From the NCBI RefSeq assembly GCF_963921235.1, contig NC_086106.1:21638001-21702000 (forward strand): DNA of 64,000 bases, in the 5' to 3' direction. The notes beneath the pieces were generated by a model. That model was not told the DNA's origin. It saw only the letters and a list, made by a program, of their open reading frames with translations, and searched no databases. Source of the stretch: Mobula hypostoma. Its lineage: Eukaryota. This document shows, piece by piece, positions 51,333 through 63,759 of the stretch (the first letter of the stretch is position 1; each line of letters opens with the position of its first letter). Made by a program: the position numbers and the translations under genes.

Positions 51333-51680
51333 ATGGACCTTAAAATTACAGTTTTTATTTTTGGAATCTTTACCAGGTATGTGTTATGCCGTCTCCGTAA
51401 CACAGGAGGAAAGCTCGATTAAAACAACAGAAGGGGGAAATGTCACTTTAACCTGTTCCGACGGCAATAAAGGTTATTACTTATTCTGGTATCGCCAGTT
51501 CACAAGCAGACATCCTGAGTTTGCAGTTCGGAGATATACTGATGGCAGTTCTGATTATAAATCGAAATTCGCTGTCGACTGGTTTTCCGACGTCATGCTT
51601 CAATCGGTGCTGAGCTATCAATTGACCATCTCAAAGCTGCGAATGTCTGATACGGCGGTGTATTACTGTGTAGTGAGACT
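51333..51680 (+). CDS. TCR alpha/delta-type V gene segment (V domain open; leader has a 1-nt frameshift)
   Basis: VSVTQEESSIKTTEGGNVTLTC...YLFWYRQ...YQLTISKLRMSDTAVYYCVVR, with C23, W41 and C104 intact. Confidence 0.9.
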
Positions 51681-51718
51681 CACAGTGTGGGAACTTTATA
51701 GAAACTAATACAATAACT
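51681..51718 (+). other. V recombination signal (22-nt spacer)
   Basis: CACAGTG, 22 nt, ACAATAACT. Confidence 0.92.
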
Positions 51719-52049
51719 ATCTGGGGCACAGCTGCTCTCTGGTCGGGTATATAGATGAAACCGCCTCTGACTGTAGAGCCAAAACGGAACTGAAGGCTCA
51801 GAAGAGGGCGAGAGTTGGACATTGCTCTCATGACTTTTTGACTTCCAGTAGCAGCAGAGTCTTCTTTCTTTCAGGTATATACTCATTTTTCTGCTGGAAA
51901 TCAATTGATCAGTAAACTAGTATAATTAACCGATATTAACTGCTTCACAAATGCATAATGCAGAAAAGAAAAGATTAGTAATCGATTTAAATGCCGCTAT
52001 GGTGTGCACCAATGTTGGAGTGGATGGACAAGAGCCGAAGGGATTAAAC

Positions 52050-52275
52050 TTGGAGCAAGCAACACACATCAATGTTGCTGGTGAAGGCAGCAGGCTAGGC
52101 AGCATTTGATATCTCTTACTAACTCTTCCTTCAGTTAGTCCTGACGAAGCGTCTCGGCCTGAAACGTCGACTGTACTTCTTCCTACAGATGCTGCCTGGC
52201 CTGCTGCGTTCACCAGCAACTTTGATGTGTGTTGCTTGAATTTCCAACATCCAACATTCCAATTTCCTGTTGTTT
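52050..52275 (+). mobile_element. Penelope-LTR-derived insertion with inverted 5' portion
   Basis: agcaacacacatcaatgttgctggtgaa... is inverted relative to ...ttcaccagcaactttgatgtgtgttgct. Confidence 0.8.
52137..52172 (+). ncRNA. Minimal type I hammerhead ribozyme motif (Penelope type)
   Basis: AGTC-CTGACGA-AGCGTCTCGGCCT-GAAA-C-GTC-GACT: stem I AGTC/GACT, core CUGACGA/GAAA, palindromic ACGT helix III. Confidence 0.7.
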
Positions 52276-53399
52276 GCGTATTTTAAACTTGGAGCAAATT
52301 CTGTTCAAAACAATACCAGTCCTCCTGTCAAATTTAGGACTTGTTTCTCAATCTCTGTGCCATTGTGAATTCCTTTCTCCAGAGTTTTGGCTTTTTTAAT
52401 CTCCCAGCGAACCATAATCTGACCAGAGTAAATAAGGAGCAGAGATCTCTGCTTGAATAGACAATCTATAATCGATATTGTTGTGTAGCATTACCAGTAT
52501 GTGTATTGTTATTTGACATTAATGTATAATCCCACTCTCTGTTGATGATTGATTTGCGAAATTTCCAGGTTTGTAACATTGGTCCCTAGACACTCTGTTG
52601 TATTTATTTTTGTTTAAATTGCAAAGTGCGTATCTATGTAATATGCAGGCAATCATCGAATAACAGGAAGCTGTTTTTTTTTGCTAAATAATTGCACTAT
52701 AAATTCGTAAACATGCAGCTAAGCTGTTGTTATTCTGATATTAGAGATTCGAAAATGAGTGGCCGTTCTGAACATATTATGTATGGGATGCATTGTCTGG
52801 TCATTTATCAAATGACCGACAGAAAGCAAAAACACAAACAGGCTTTCAGCGAAGTTGCAGAGGATCAGGAAATTTCGTTGTGTAGACGTTTAGAAATGGC
52901 TTGCAGGCCGAAATGAATAAACGACGTTATTCAGTCAAAACAATGGTATAATTGGTTAACTGGGTATATTCCTATTTTTTCCGTGTACATCGCCACAGGC
53001 ACAATCCTGTTGTTAATAATTGTCACCAGCTGAAAGCACACGAAAGAAGGACAGAAAGTAAACAAGAATGCAAATAGCAACAATGCACTGAATTTCAAAT
53101 GTTTGGAAAAATATTGTTCCGGTGTTGCTGAGCTTTGCGACAAAGATCGTCCAGCGGCCAGGAATGCTACCTTGCAAATCATCAGTATTTCAATCGTTCT
53201 GATATGAGTTTCTTCCGAATACCCGGACAATAACTGTCAGCATGTGTTGTTTTCATTTCCAGCTTCTGCAGATTTGTTCTTGCTTCTAATGTCTTCATCT
53301 GCCCGACAAGATATTGCAATGGAAATATTTATGTCAGAATGGAAAAGCTTGGCATTTTGGAACTTTAATGCTTATCTATCTGCCTTTCAGAAGACTACG

Positions 53400-55790
53400 G
53401 TACACGTCGGCATGTCGGACAGTAAGAAAGAAGTTAGTAGATATGCTACTTCTTGTAGGGGAACACTTTGGTTCCAGTGATCATAACACCATTAGTTTCA
53501 ACTTTATCATGAATAAAGACAGATCTGGTCCTCGGATTCGGTTTTTAACCTGGAAAAAGGCCAAACATGAAGAAATGAGAAAGGATATATAAAGCGTAGA
53601 TTGGGACCGGATGTTCTCTGGCAAGGATGTGATTGGTAAAGTGGAAGGCTTTCAAAGGAGTCATTTTGAGAGTGCCGAGTTTGTATGTTCCTGTCAGGAT
53701 TATAGGCAAAGTGAATAAGAATAAGGAAACTTGGTTCTCAAGGGATATTGAGACTCTGATAAAGAAGAAGAGAGAGATTTATGGCATGTATAAGAAACAG
53801 GGAGCAAATAAGGTGCTTGAAGAGTATAAAAAACTGCAAAGAAATGCTTAAGAAGGAAATCAGGAAGGATAAAATAAGGCATAAGTTTGCTTTGGCAGTC
53901 AAGGTTAAGGACAATGCAAAGAACTTCTACAGGTATATTAAGAGCAAAAAGGATAGTAAGGGATAATTTTGGTCTTCTTGAAGATCAGAATGGTCGGCTA
54001 TGAATGGAACCAAAAGAAGTGGGTGAGATCTTATATGTCAGTTTATTTATTTATTTATTTATTTGCGTCTGTATTTACTAAGGAAACTGGCATGGAGTCA
54101 ATGGAAACAAGGCAAGGAAGTAGCCAGGTCATTGAACCTATACAGATTGCGGAAGAGAAGGTGCTTGCTATCTTGAGGCAAATCAGAGTAGATCAATCCC
54201 CAGGATCTGACAGGGTAGTCATTCCGACCTTGAGGGCGACAGGTGTTGAAATTGCAGGGGCCCCGGAAGATATATTTAAAATGTTGTTGTCTGCCGGTGA
54301 GGTGCCAGAGGATTGGAGCGTAGCTCATGTTGTTCCGTCATTAAAAAAAAACGCTCTAAAAGTAATCCGCGAAATTATAAGCTGGTAAATCTGACGTCAG
54401 TAATTGGTAAATTATTGGAAGGAGTACTGAGAAATAGGATCTCCAAGTATTTGCATTGGCAGAGACTTATTAGGGAGAGTCACACGGCTTTGTGCGTATC
54501 AGGTCATGTTTAACCAATCTAATAGAGTTTTTCGAGGAAGTAATCAGGAAGGTGGGGGAAGGAAAGGCAGCGTATGTTGCCTACGTTGAATTCAGTAAGG
54601 CCTTTGACAAGGTCCTGCATGGGAGGTTAGTTAGGAATATTCAGTCGCTAGGTGTACATGGTGAAGTAGTAAACTGGTTTAGACATTGACGCAATGGAAG
54701 AAGCCAGAGAGTGGTAGTGGGTGATTGCTTCTCTGAGTGGAGGTTTGTGACTAGTGGTGTGCCACAGGGACTAGCGCTGGGTCCATTGCTATTTGTTATC
54801 TACATAAATGATCGGGATAATAATATGATAAATTAGAGCAGCAAATTTGCTGATGATACAAAGATTGGCGGTGTGGTGGAGAGCGAGGAATGTTTTCAAA
54901 GCTTGCAGAGGGAATTAGAACAGCTGGAGAGAAATGGGCTCAAAATGGGCTGAAAAATGGCAGATGGAATTTAATACAGACAAGTGTGAGGTATTGCATT
55001 TTGGAAGCACAAACCAAGGTAGAACATACAAGGTAAATGGTAGGGAGCTGATGACTGCAGTAGAACAGAGAGCTCTGAGAACACAGATACAAAACTCCCT
55101 GAAAGTAGGAGACAGGTAGGCAAGGTCGTAAAGAGAACTTTTGGTATATTGGTATTTTTCAATCAACGTATTGAATAAAGGAGTTGGAATGTTATGGTGA
55201 AGTTCTATAAGGCATTGGTGAGGCCTATTTTGGAGTATTGTGTACAGTTTTGGTCACCAAATTACAGGAAGGATATTAATATGATTGAAAGAGTGCAGAG
55301 AAGGTTTACGAGGACGTTGCCTGGATTTGAGAACCTGAGTTAAATAGAAACGTTGAATAGGTTAGGACTTTATTCCCTGGAGCGTAGGGGAATGAGGGGA
55401 GATTTGCTAGAGGTACATACATTTATGATGGGTATAGATAAAGTGAATGCAAGCAAGCATTTTCCACTGAGGCCAGGGGAGAGGAAGAAATAAACTGAGG
55501 ACCTGGGTTGAGGGGGAAGGGGGGAAAGTTTAAAAGGAACATGACGGGGGCGGGGGAATCTGCTTCACACGAAGAGTGGTGGGAGTGTAGAATGAGCTGC
55601 CAGATTAAGTGGTAAATGCGGGCTCACTTTTAACATTTAGGAACATTGGTTAGGTAGATTTATGAGAGGTTCATGGTCCAGTTGCAGGTCAGTGGAACTA
55701 GGCAGAAAAATGGTTCGGCACAGTCAAGAAGGGCCAAATGGCCTGTTTCTGTGCTGTAATGTTCTCTGGTTCTATGGTTCTATGGTTCTA
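53400..55790 (+). mobile_element. CR1 LINE ORF2, degenerate
   Basis: ORFs 53314-53592 (GSSDHNTISF), 53969-54388, 54492-54689 and 54934-55119; ttctatgg tail. Confidence 0.9.
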
Positions 55791-56499
55791 AAAGTTAAGC
55801 AGATATTGTTTGAGATAAATGTTCAGTGTTGCACCTCGCGACCTGCTTCACGGTCTTCAAATATCACATATACTTAGAAACAATACGTGAGCATGTATAC
55901 CTGTTCTTTAATGCAGATATCAAACAGCAAATCATGTGTCTGTATCCTAATTCACAGAGGCACGTAAAAATGTTCAGTAATTTCAGTTCAGGCCATATAA
56001 CAGTATGTGGAAGAAAATATCTGTCTTTTGTCTCTATTTCTCTGTGCGGAAAGAAAAGGTTTGTGCTTTACATGAACATTTAGCTGCAATGAACCCTGAA
56101 ATCATTTACAGCTGCTTGATGTTATGTAAACAGTGTTCAATCTTCTGTTATTATTCCCTTATAAAATGCGTAACGTCTGAAAGAATAGAAATCGACTTAA
56201 ACGATCAGCAGAGCGAGAAAGGTGTGAACATAATCAGAGGTGAATATATTTGGAAAAAAATGTTGTACAAAAGTTTGTTTTACTACCTGTTCATTTCAGC
56301 ATTTATTTCATTATCGGTACTCCCACTTCTCAAGGTGAATTCCTGGATCCAAGATGTTGGTGATATTGGTGAAGCACAAACAGACCAGAGGGGAAAAGCG
56401 ACCAAGAATTCTTGCTGAAAAGACGTTGTATCATCAACGGTAATTCTGGTGTATATTTTGCATCATTTTCGTAATGTTTTTATTATTTCAGAACACACA

Positions 56500-57810
56500 T
56501 TTAATTGAAAGGAGGCACGGATGCGGAAATTTAGTGTGACTAGTGGAGTGATGACCTAATGCATTTATGAACCTTTACATATAACTCACAACAAATTACT
56601 TAAACGAACAAAAACTGCATTATTACACACATATTGCTGAAATGTTAAATGCACAACACTCCTCCCTACTTAGTTGTAACCCTCAAATTAACCTGGAATG
56701 CATCTCAGTTTACATGCATATGTATGCGTCCAATGCATCGCCAATTTTAAACTTTCCCACCCAGGCTTTAAACATTCATCACTGTATAGGATTTTTTTCT
56801 TACACTTGTAGGATAACCTCACTCCTGAAAAAAATGGGGCTTCACTCTGCATGGTAGTCAAGACGTACTGCACAATATTCCCATTTTCTGAGACCTCTCC
56901 TTTGTGGCTCTTGGAGTTGACTCTGGCAATGCAGAAAGTTGTTCTGATAGTTCTAGGTACCTCTTGTCGGTAACACTTGACTCTGTTTTCCTCATCTAAT
57001 CGAAGTTTGGTCTCCAGATAACCTCAGATGGAATCTCCACTGTATGGAAGAGTGGCCTGTTTTGTTCTTAACATCTTCAAGTAGCCATTTTTGATCACCT
57101 ATGTAGAACCTCGACAGGACTGTGTAGCCGAATGAAACATAGAACCTTCTTGTTTGAAGAGCTCATATCTTGTTTCGGCTCTTTATCCTGAATATTCCTT
57201 CTGATATTGGCTCTAAGGAGCTCCATGCTTGAACACAAAGATCGGCCCTGGATTCGCACAGTGGTCAGTTGCCGGTTTCTTTGAGATATTTATGGAGGAC
57301 CTTGGCGAGCTCCTGATTCAGTTTCGATGTAGCACGTTAGGCTGACATCTATTCAGTGTTTTATTTAACCACTAGACAATCATTTCCTCGTAGACATTTG
57401 TAGATGTCTGGCACGACGCAGATGTAATATATCTGAGTTTAGTGATTTTCAGGAATGTCTGCCACTGATCTGTAACAAACGGTGATCCATTGCCACTGAC
57501 TAAATGTACCCGAACACCAGTCCTCGAGACGCGATTTCTCAATTCTCCAGTAGTGTGCGAGGCTGTATTGCAGGCTGCTAGGAATACTTCTGGCCATTAT
57601 GTGGCTGCATCGATAACAAACAAGAAATGTTGTACCCACGAATGGTCCGGCACAATCTGCATGAGTAGTCTGGTAGGGAAATGCGGACAATTCTATACTT
57701 GGAGTGGCGCTGCTCATGGCATGCCACGAAATGCAAGGCCGGCTGCTCGACCTCCTGAACTTTGCCAGAGGATCATAGAATATTTCGAGTGATCATCTCT
57801 GCCGTAATAG
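56500..57810 (-). mobile_element. Gypsy integrase, PPT and 3' LTR remnant
   Basis: ORF 57439-57717 HADCAGPFVGTTFLV (rve integrase start); PPT AGTAGGGAGGAG at 56659-56670 followed by TGTTGTG. Confidence 0.8.
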
Positions 57811-58632
57811 GGAGAATTCACTGCAATTACACATGGACAGAAAAAGAAAAAAATAAAAAAAAAACATTTTCTTTTTTTTTTTGCCCGTGGATCCTTTGTG
57901 TACATGTCTATGATGTGAGTTTCTGCTTTTTATTATATGTTTTTTTTTATTTTCCCTATATCTTCACACTTGATCTTTGTTTGTGTGATGTGTCGATAGT
58001 TGGGCCAATATATTTTGTATTCAGATATTTTTCCGGGAAGAAAATGCTGAACACCTGAATAAAAAGAAACAGGCAGCTCTGGACGTATTGAACGACCAAA
58101 TAATATTAGTTACTGATTTGGGCTACTTTTTATGGAACAACTTAGGATGTTTATCACCAAACCGCCCAGGCTCTACCCGGTTATGTGGCACTTCAAAGTT
58201 CCCATATTTGTACAAAACCCATAACGGTAATTTTACTTTCTGTATATTCCGCGATAGCAACTCTACTCCGCTCCCTCATTAATTGATGTCCTCCAAAATT
58301 ATTTTCAAATCCATTGAAGTAATAAGCGTTTTTTTGTACTATGTCGTACGATTCGCATATTGCCTTAGTTATCGTGCAAAAATAATATTATTTTCATCAT
58401 TCTCTTCTCCTAGTTAACAAAGGCAAGTTAAGATAACTTGTCACCAAATAAAATGAGTGGGGAAGCAGCCATGGGTGTGATCTGAATGTAGTGTGGTGTC
58501 TCACAAATATTGCGCTGAACATTATTTCGTCTTGCCTTTTGTTTATCTGCCGATTTCGCCAGATAATTCAAATCAATAAATTCCTTATCCGAGAGATGAA
58601 TTGAAATTATGTGGTCCAATTTTGTCTCATGG

Positions 58633-59640
58633 CTTCTGAACTCTGCAGTGTTTATGCAAACAATGACATCGATAATACGAGTGTTTTCACACCGGAGCGA
58701 CCTTGGGTCGTTTATTATTCAAGAGTTCAATAGTTCAATAGTACCATTTTATATCACAGAATGCATAGAGTAAGCAACCAGAATTTCCTGTTCTTCGCAG
58801 ACATCCACAAAAAAAAAGAAAAGCACCCCGATGGTTTAATAGCAGTATAAACTTGCTTACCTAAATCTCCGTACCCCTACTTCCCATGATTAACAACAGT
58901 AAAGTAACAACCCATCCAGTCCGCAAACTTATTTTAGCAAAGAACATCAGCACCCACCGATCAAACAACTGCAAAGCCCTGTACAGAATAAAAAGAACGA
59001 ATCCTTCACCTTAGCATTTCAACATACCATAGCCTCTCCCCCCTCTAATAAAGGGAAGTGTTACAGAGGCATAATTTTTCATTCGAATGATATCAATTTC
59101 TCTAAATAGTTGAACTGATATTTGATAATTCCGATTGACAACATTTTCTTGAGAAAGAAACTGCATAATCCAAGAAAACAGGTCTCAACGTATTTGTGTG
59201 TTATTTTCCTCCCGCGATGAAAACAAACAAACAAAAAAAAAACGTTTCAAATGAGACATTTGTCTGGAGTAAACAGTGAATGTTTTTGCAGTTTAGTTAC
59301 GTCATGTAAAAGTCAGTCAAAATTCTGTTTTCCATATTTTTGTAAAATTGATCCGAGAATATAAAAGTAATGCTTTATTTTGGCGATATATGTCACTGTA
59401 CTGCAGTGGGAGGTTAGCTGAAAGATATAAATAAATCTGAACAGAATAAAGACCAAAACATGCCGCGAGTGAAAAATTGCATAAAATGATTGACTGAAAT
59501 GTTCAAAAAATGGAGGGGCTACGTGTGGAGGTTTTCACGAAATATACCGTTATACAATGGGCGTTTGCACCGACTATGGTGAGTCTCCAACGTATGTTGA
59601 AGTTCATTTTTTAAGTCATTCGCTAACGTGATATCACTGA
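58633..59640 (+). other. Orphan paralogue of the TCR V 5' flank (no V downstream)
   Basis: 58633-58730 resembles 50640-50735; TATAAA at 59426 and 59555-59625 resemble 51134 and 51237-51305. Confidence 0.55.
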
Positions 59641-59779
59641 CAACTGCGACTTTCCTATGATAGGTCAAGCTCCAACTTCAAAAGTGTGCAATCTGTTATT
59701 GAGAACGATGGCCACATGGCTATTCTGCACTTGCTCCGCATTCGATTTACTCTTCCTGTCTGCCATCCGCTTTCCTGCA

Positions 59780-60010
59780 TCCTGCAACTTTAGTGCGACG
59801 ACTTCTCTATGTGTCCTCTCTACGATCCCCTGAGTTTCCCGAATGTTTCAGAAATCATTCAGTTCCAGCTCCAACATCTCAACGCGGAATGTTAAAGTTT
59901 ACAACTTGTCCACCTCGCAGTTTAAGTCGTCATGGAGAGTGAAGGTTTCCCTGCCATTGCACACCCCACATGAGAAGCATTCAAATATCTTGCCTGATAT
60001 CCCTACTCTC
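59780..60010 (-). mobile_element. CR1 ORF1 remnant
   Basis: CFSCGVCNGRETFTLHDDLNCEV resembles the CR1 ORF1 zinc finger. Confidence 0.55.
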
Positions 60011-60724
60011 CTATCTGAGCAGCTATAAAAAAGGAGAGCGGGGGGGCGGGGGGAGACATAAACGAACTTTTCCTTTGCATTTTCTGACTGCAGCCACTTT
60101 TCTCTGAATCCTCAAGATGACCATTCTTCCTCTGTCCACACAGGCACCGGCTGCTGCGCGTGCCAGTGCCCTATTTTAAATTTCTCTTGCTGATCAATCC
60201 CAAACGCTGATGTGTCCCTGACCAAAGTTATTTTCCGTAAATTGCTGCGATACTCTACCTTTAAAATCTACCTTGAAAGGTAGCACTCTAACGGACGAAC
60301 CCCAGTCCTGCGCGCCCCTACACGTCGTAGATTGTGGAACTCATGGGAAACCAGCGCGGAAGTTCTGCAAAAAAAATTGAACGCGAACCTGACTGAAATG
60401 AAGCTCTTTTTAAGCACAACCAATGTTGTGTGATCGCTCTTCAACTGAGAGAAAATGTTGCAAAAAGCTACCTTTAGATTGTCTTTGAAAGTTTCAAGCT
60501 TGAAGGTGAATGCAAAGTAAATGCTAGCTCACTTAACACTCTGAAGGAATAGATGGATCCTCTTGCCCGCATCTGGAGGTTCCTTAACGTAATAGCACAA
60601 TTTGACAGAATAGGTAATGAGGCGCAATGCTTGCTGGTATTTATTACTTAATACATTCTTTTCAGGAGACCTGAAGTAATCTTAGATCTGTCAAACCCTG
60701 GCTAGACAGACACTTGGCGTTAGT

Positions 60725-61650
60725 TCTGGAGACATAGAAACAGAGAAGACCTATAGCAAACTAAAGGCCCTTCGGTCACAATGCTGTACCAAACATGTAC
60801 ATCCTTTAGAAATTACCTAGGGTTACCCATAACCTTTTTTCTAAGCTCCATATACCTATCCAGGATTTTCCTGAAACAACCTCCAGGACGTTCGCCGGCA
60901 GCCCATTCCACGCACTCAGCACTCCCCGCGTAAAGAACTTACTCCTAACATCTCCTTTGTACTTACTTCCAAGCACTAAATAACTGTGCCCACTCACATT
61001 AGCCATTTCAACCCTTGAAAAAAAAAAAGAAGAAGACATATCTGGCCACCCACACGATCAATGCATCTCATGATTTTATACACTTCTATCAGGTCACTTC
61101 TCATCCTCCGTCTCTAAAAAGAGAGAAAAAAACGGAGTTAACTTAATCTATGTTCAAATTAATTAATTTATGTTGTAGTGGTATAATGTTATGAAGGATA
61201 TGGAAGCTTTAGAGAGGAGACGGAGCAGCCTTAGTAACATCTTGCCGTAAATATGTAGCATGTTTCACGTGGATAGACTGAACATGCAAAACCTTTCCTC
61301 TCGGTAGCATACGAGGATGTGTTGCGACCTGATAGACACGAGCAAGACCATGAGAGACTCAGAATTGGGAACTACTTTTTTTTTAATTCAGTCATGGAAA
61401 CGACCAATACAAGGGCGTATGCTTTTATTGTTTTCCTTGGAAAGTAGAGGGGGTACATATTTATATATTGAGTGAAATGTATGTGGAAGACGTTGCTACG
61501 ACAGATCACAGGAACACAGACAGTGATGAGTGGAGAACCGGGGCTACATAAGGGAGAATGGTTTGAATAAACTCAGGGAGTTTTTAGTGGTCGGCGCAGC
61601 ATCATTGGCCGCAAAAGAAGCTATACTGTACATGTACTTCTATATTTTCA
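60725..61650. mobile_element. Two old CR1 3' fragments in opposite orientation
   Basis: 60725-61130 minus (SKYKGDVRSKFFTRGV) and 61160-61650 plus. Confidence 0.7.
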
Positions 61651-61875
61651 GTTCTCTATAAACTACTTCACGCATATATATTTATATTCTACACTGGAAG
61701 TTAATATGCTATTGGCAAATTAATGTTTCACATTAAGCACCAGTCAGTAAACACATGCCTTGCTTCCACGGCATAGATCCAATGACAAGCAGCCACTGCA
61801 CTTCTGCATCAATGCTTGAGAGTTTGTGGCAAAGAGCCCGAAACAAATAGCAGATGTGCCTCAGAAACTTTCGGC

Positions 61876-61914
61876 AGTTATTGTTCGGGTATACAATCAG
61901 TTCCTATCACTGTG
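61876..61914 (-). other. V recombination signal (23-nt spacer)
   Basis: CACAGTG, 23 nt, ACAATAACT. Confidence 0.95.
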
Positions 61915-62262
61915 ATGTACCGCACAGTAATAGGTTGCTCTATCATATTGCCGCAGCGCCTGGATGGTCAAACGATACTCCATTAGAGACAACTCGACTA
62001 CATCAGCATACCGGCCTTTGGCAAAATCAGCCTTCAGGTCGTCACGATTAAATATGTTTCGACGGGCCACAATCTCGACCGTTCCACCTGGGTTTTGGCG
62101 ATACCAATATAAATAAAAAGCATCATTGCTGTAGGTGCACGTTAGCGTAATACCTTGGCCCTCAGTCCCCATGACTGCAGAATCTTTCTGAGTCACGTAA
62201 TCAGCGTCATTTTGGTCTGGAAAACAGGCAAAAAAGTAAAATAATATTTGCAACTTTAACAT
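61915..62262 (-). CDS. TCR alpha/delta-type V gene segment, apparently intact, leader and V in one ORF
   Basis: 116 codons: MLKLQILFYFFACFPDQNDA-DYVTQ...LTCTYS...LYWYRQ...YRLTIQALRQYDRATYYCAVH, followed by the RSS. Confidence 0.93.
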
Positions 62263-63759
62263 TCAAGACCACTTGATTGCATGTGGTTTTCATTAAAAAA
62301 AATACACACTTTAGATCATCGAATTGTATTATATCTCTGTGCTCGTGCAAATTTTCACAATTCATTACTCCTTATAATCATAGTAGTCCCGGTTTTGTTC
62401 TATCTTTTGTTTCCGGAAACTGCCTGTAACTCTTCCCCTGGACTTCAGAGAATACCGAATACGCATTTGCCATCAAATTCGTCAAGGACCATTAATCTGA
62501 TGTTCACACTCATATGATGTCAACGATAACGATGCTGATGTAATCTTTCGAAGTAAAAAAAAAACTAGAATGATCTCTACAATCGATCCTCTTATTTAAA
62601 ATATTTAACTCCATGTAGCCATGATGACAGTTAAAATATCACATTTAGTTCAAAGTTGCCTTACCAAAATTTAATCTGTGACTCAAAAACAGGAACATGG
62701 TCTATCCGCTGTATCCCAGAAAATTAGTAACCCTGTAAATCAAATTGCATCCTTACCAATGAAAAATGCGACGCACAGCACAGCTAGTAAATTGTGTAGC
62801 ATTTTTCTTTCCGCTCCCAAGAGCCAGACTCGTCGGTGTCTCAGGGAGATGCTTGCCACGGATCAATTTGACAGGAAAGCGCAGACTGGCTAGTGCAACG
62901 TCACTTCCTGAAGAAGTGAAAGGTGATATATTTTTCTGTTCCTGGCTGCTATGGTCTGGTTTCATATCAGAGAATGAGGAGTGCTATGAATTGCTGGAAA
63001 AAAAAATAAAAACGGTTAATCGGTTTGATTAACATGGCACGTTTAAAATGAATATAAAGCACTGAGTGTATTTCTCAGATATTGGAGAGCGCCAGACGTT
63101 TTCGTTTGCATTTTCATGCTATTGCCTATTCAATGCATATTATGTTGTTTTAATTGAAAAACGTATTATTACAAAATAATAACTGGAAAATAATCAAGAT
63201 CAAAATTTATAATTTCGCAATAATCATACATTTTGTCATCAGGGTCAATCTTTTATGATATTCAGTTATATTGACACAAACATTTCCTATTACGTTTTTC
63301 ACAGAGTGTTTAGTCAGTGAGCATATTCCACTCTTACCTGTTCTGTAACTTCAAATACCTGCCTTATCAAAGGGCCAATGACCCGAATAATAACCTATAT
63401 TTGACACTGTATAAAAACTGCATGATCATGTGGGTAATTTGGGCATTTCTCTCCTATTTACAAATTCCAGCATTGTCCCTGTTTAGCCTGTATAACGTGG
63501 TTTATAGTAAATCTTAACCTCGGCACAGCAGCCATGTTTCTGTGCATATTACATTTCCCTTGAGTCTGCTCGATGAGTTCATAAAAAGTAGACAGACTTC
63601 ACAATGCTACACTAGTTTCACGCTATTGTTGTCATAATTAAAGATACCGCAGTCGCTGCACTTAAATTAAAAAAAATAGTCATGAATATGCGATACAGGT
63701 ATGTTGCTATAATCCCTACGAGAGTAGGAGCAAACTTGCTTAATATCATTAGAATATGT

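Noticed and set aside
56300-56470. RYSH...NSGVYF V-like fragments
   Set aside because: Fragments are in different frames; no Cys or RSS.
63300-63550. YLFCNFKY...SYLQIPAL..VVYS plus CACAGCA as a possible V relic
   Set aside because: Several mutually exclusive alignments fit equally poorly; W and C are absent; the spacer/nonamer is wrong.
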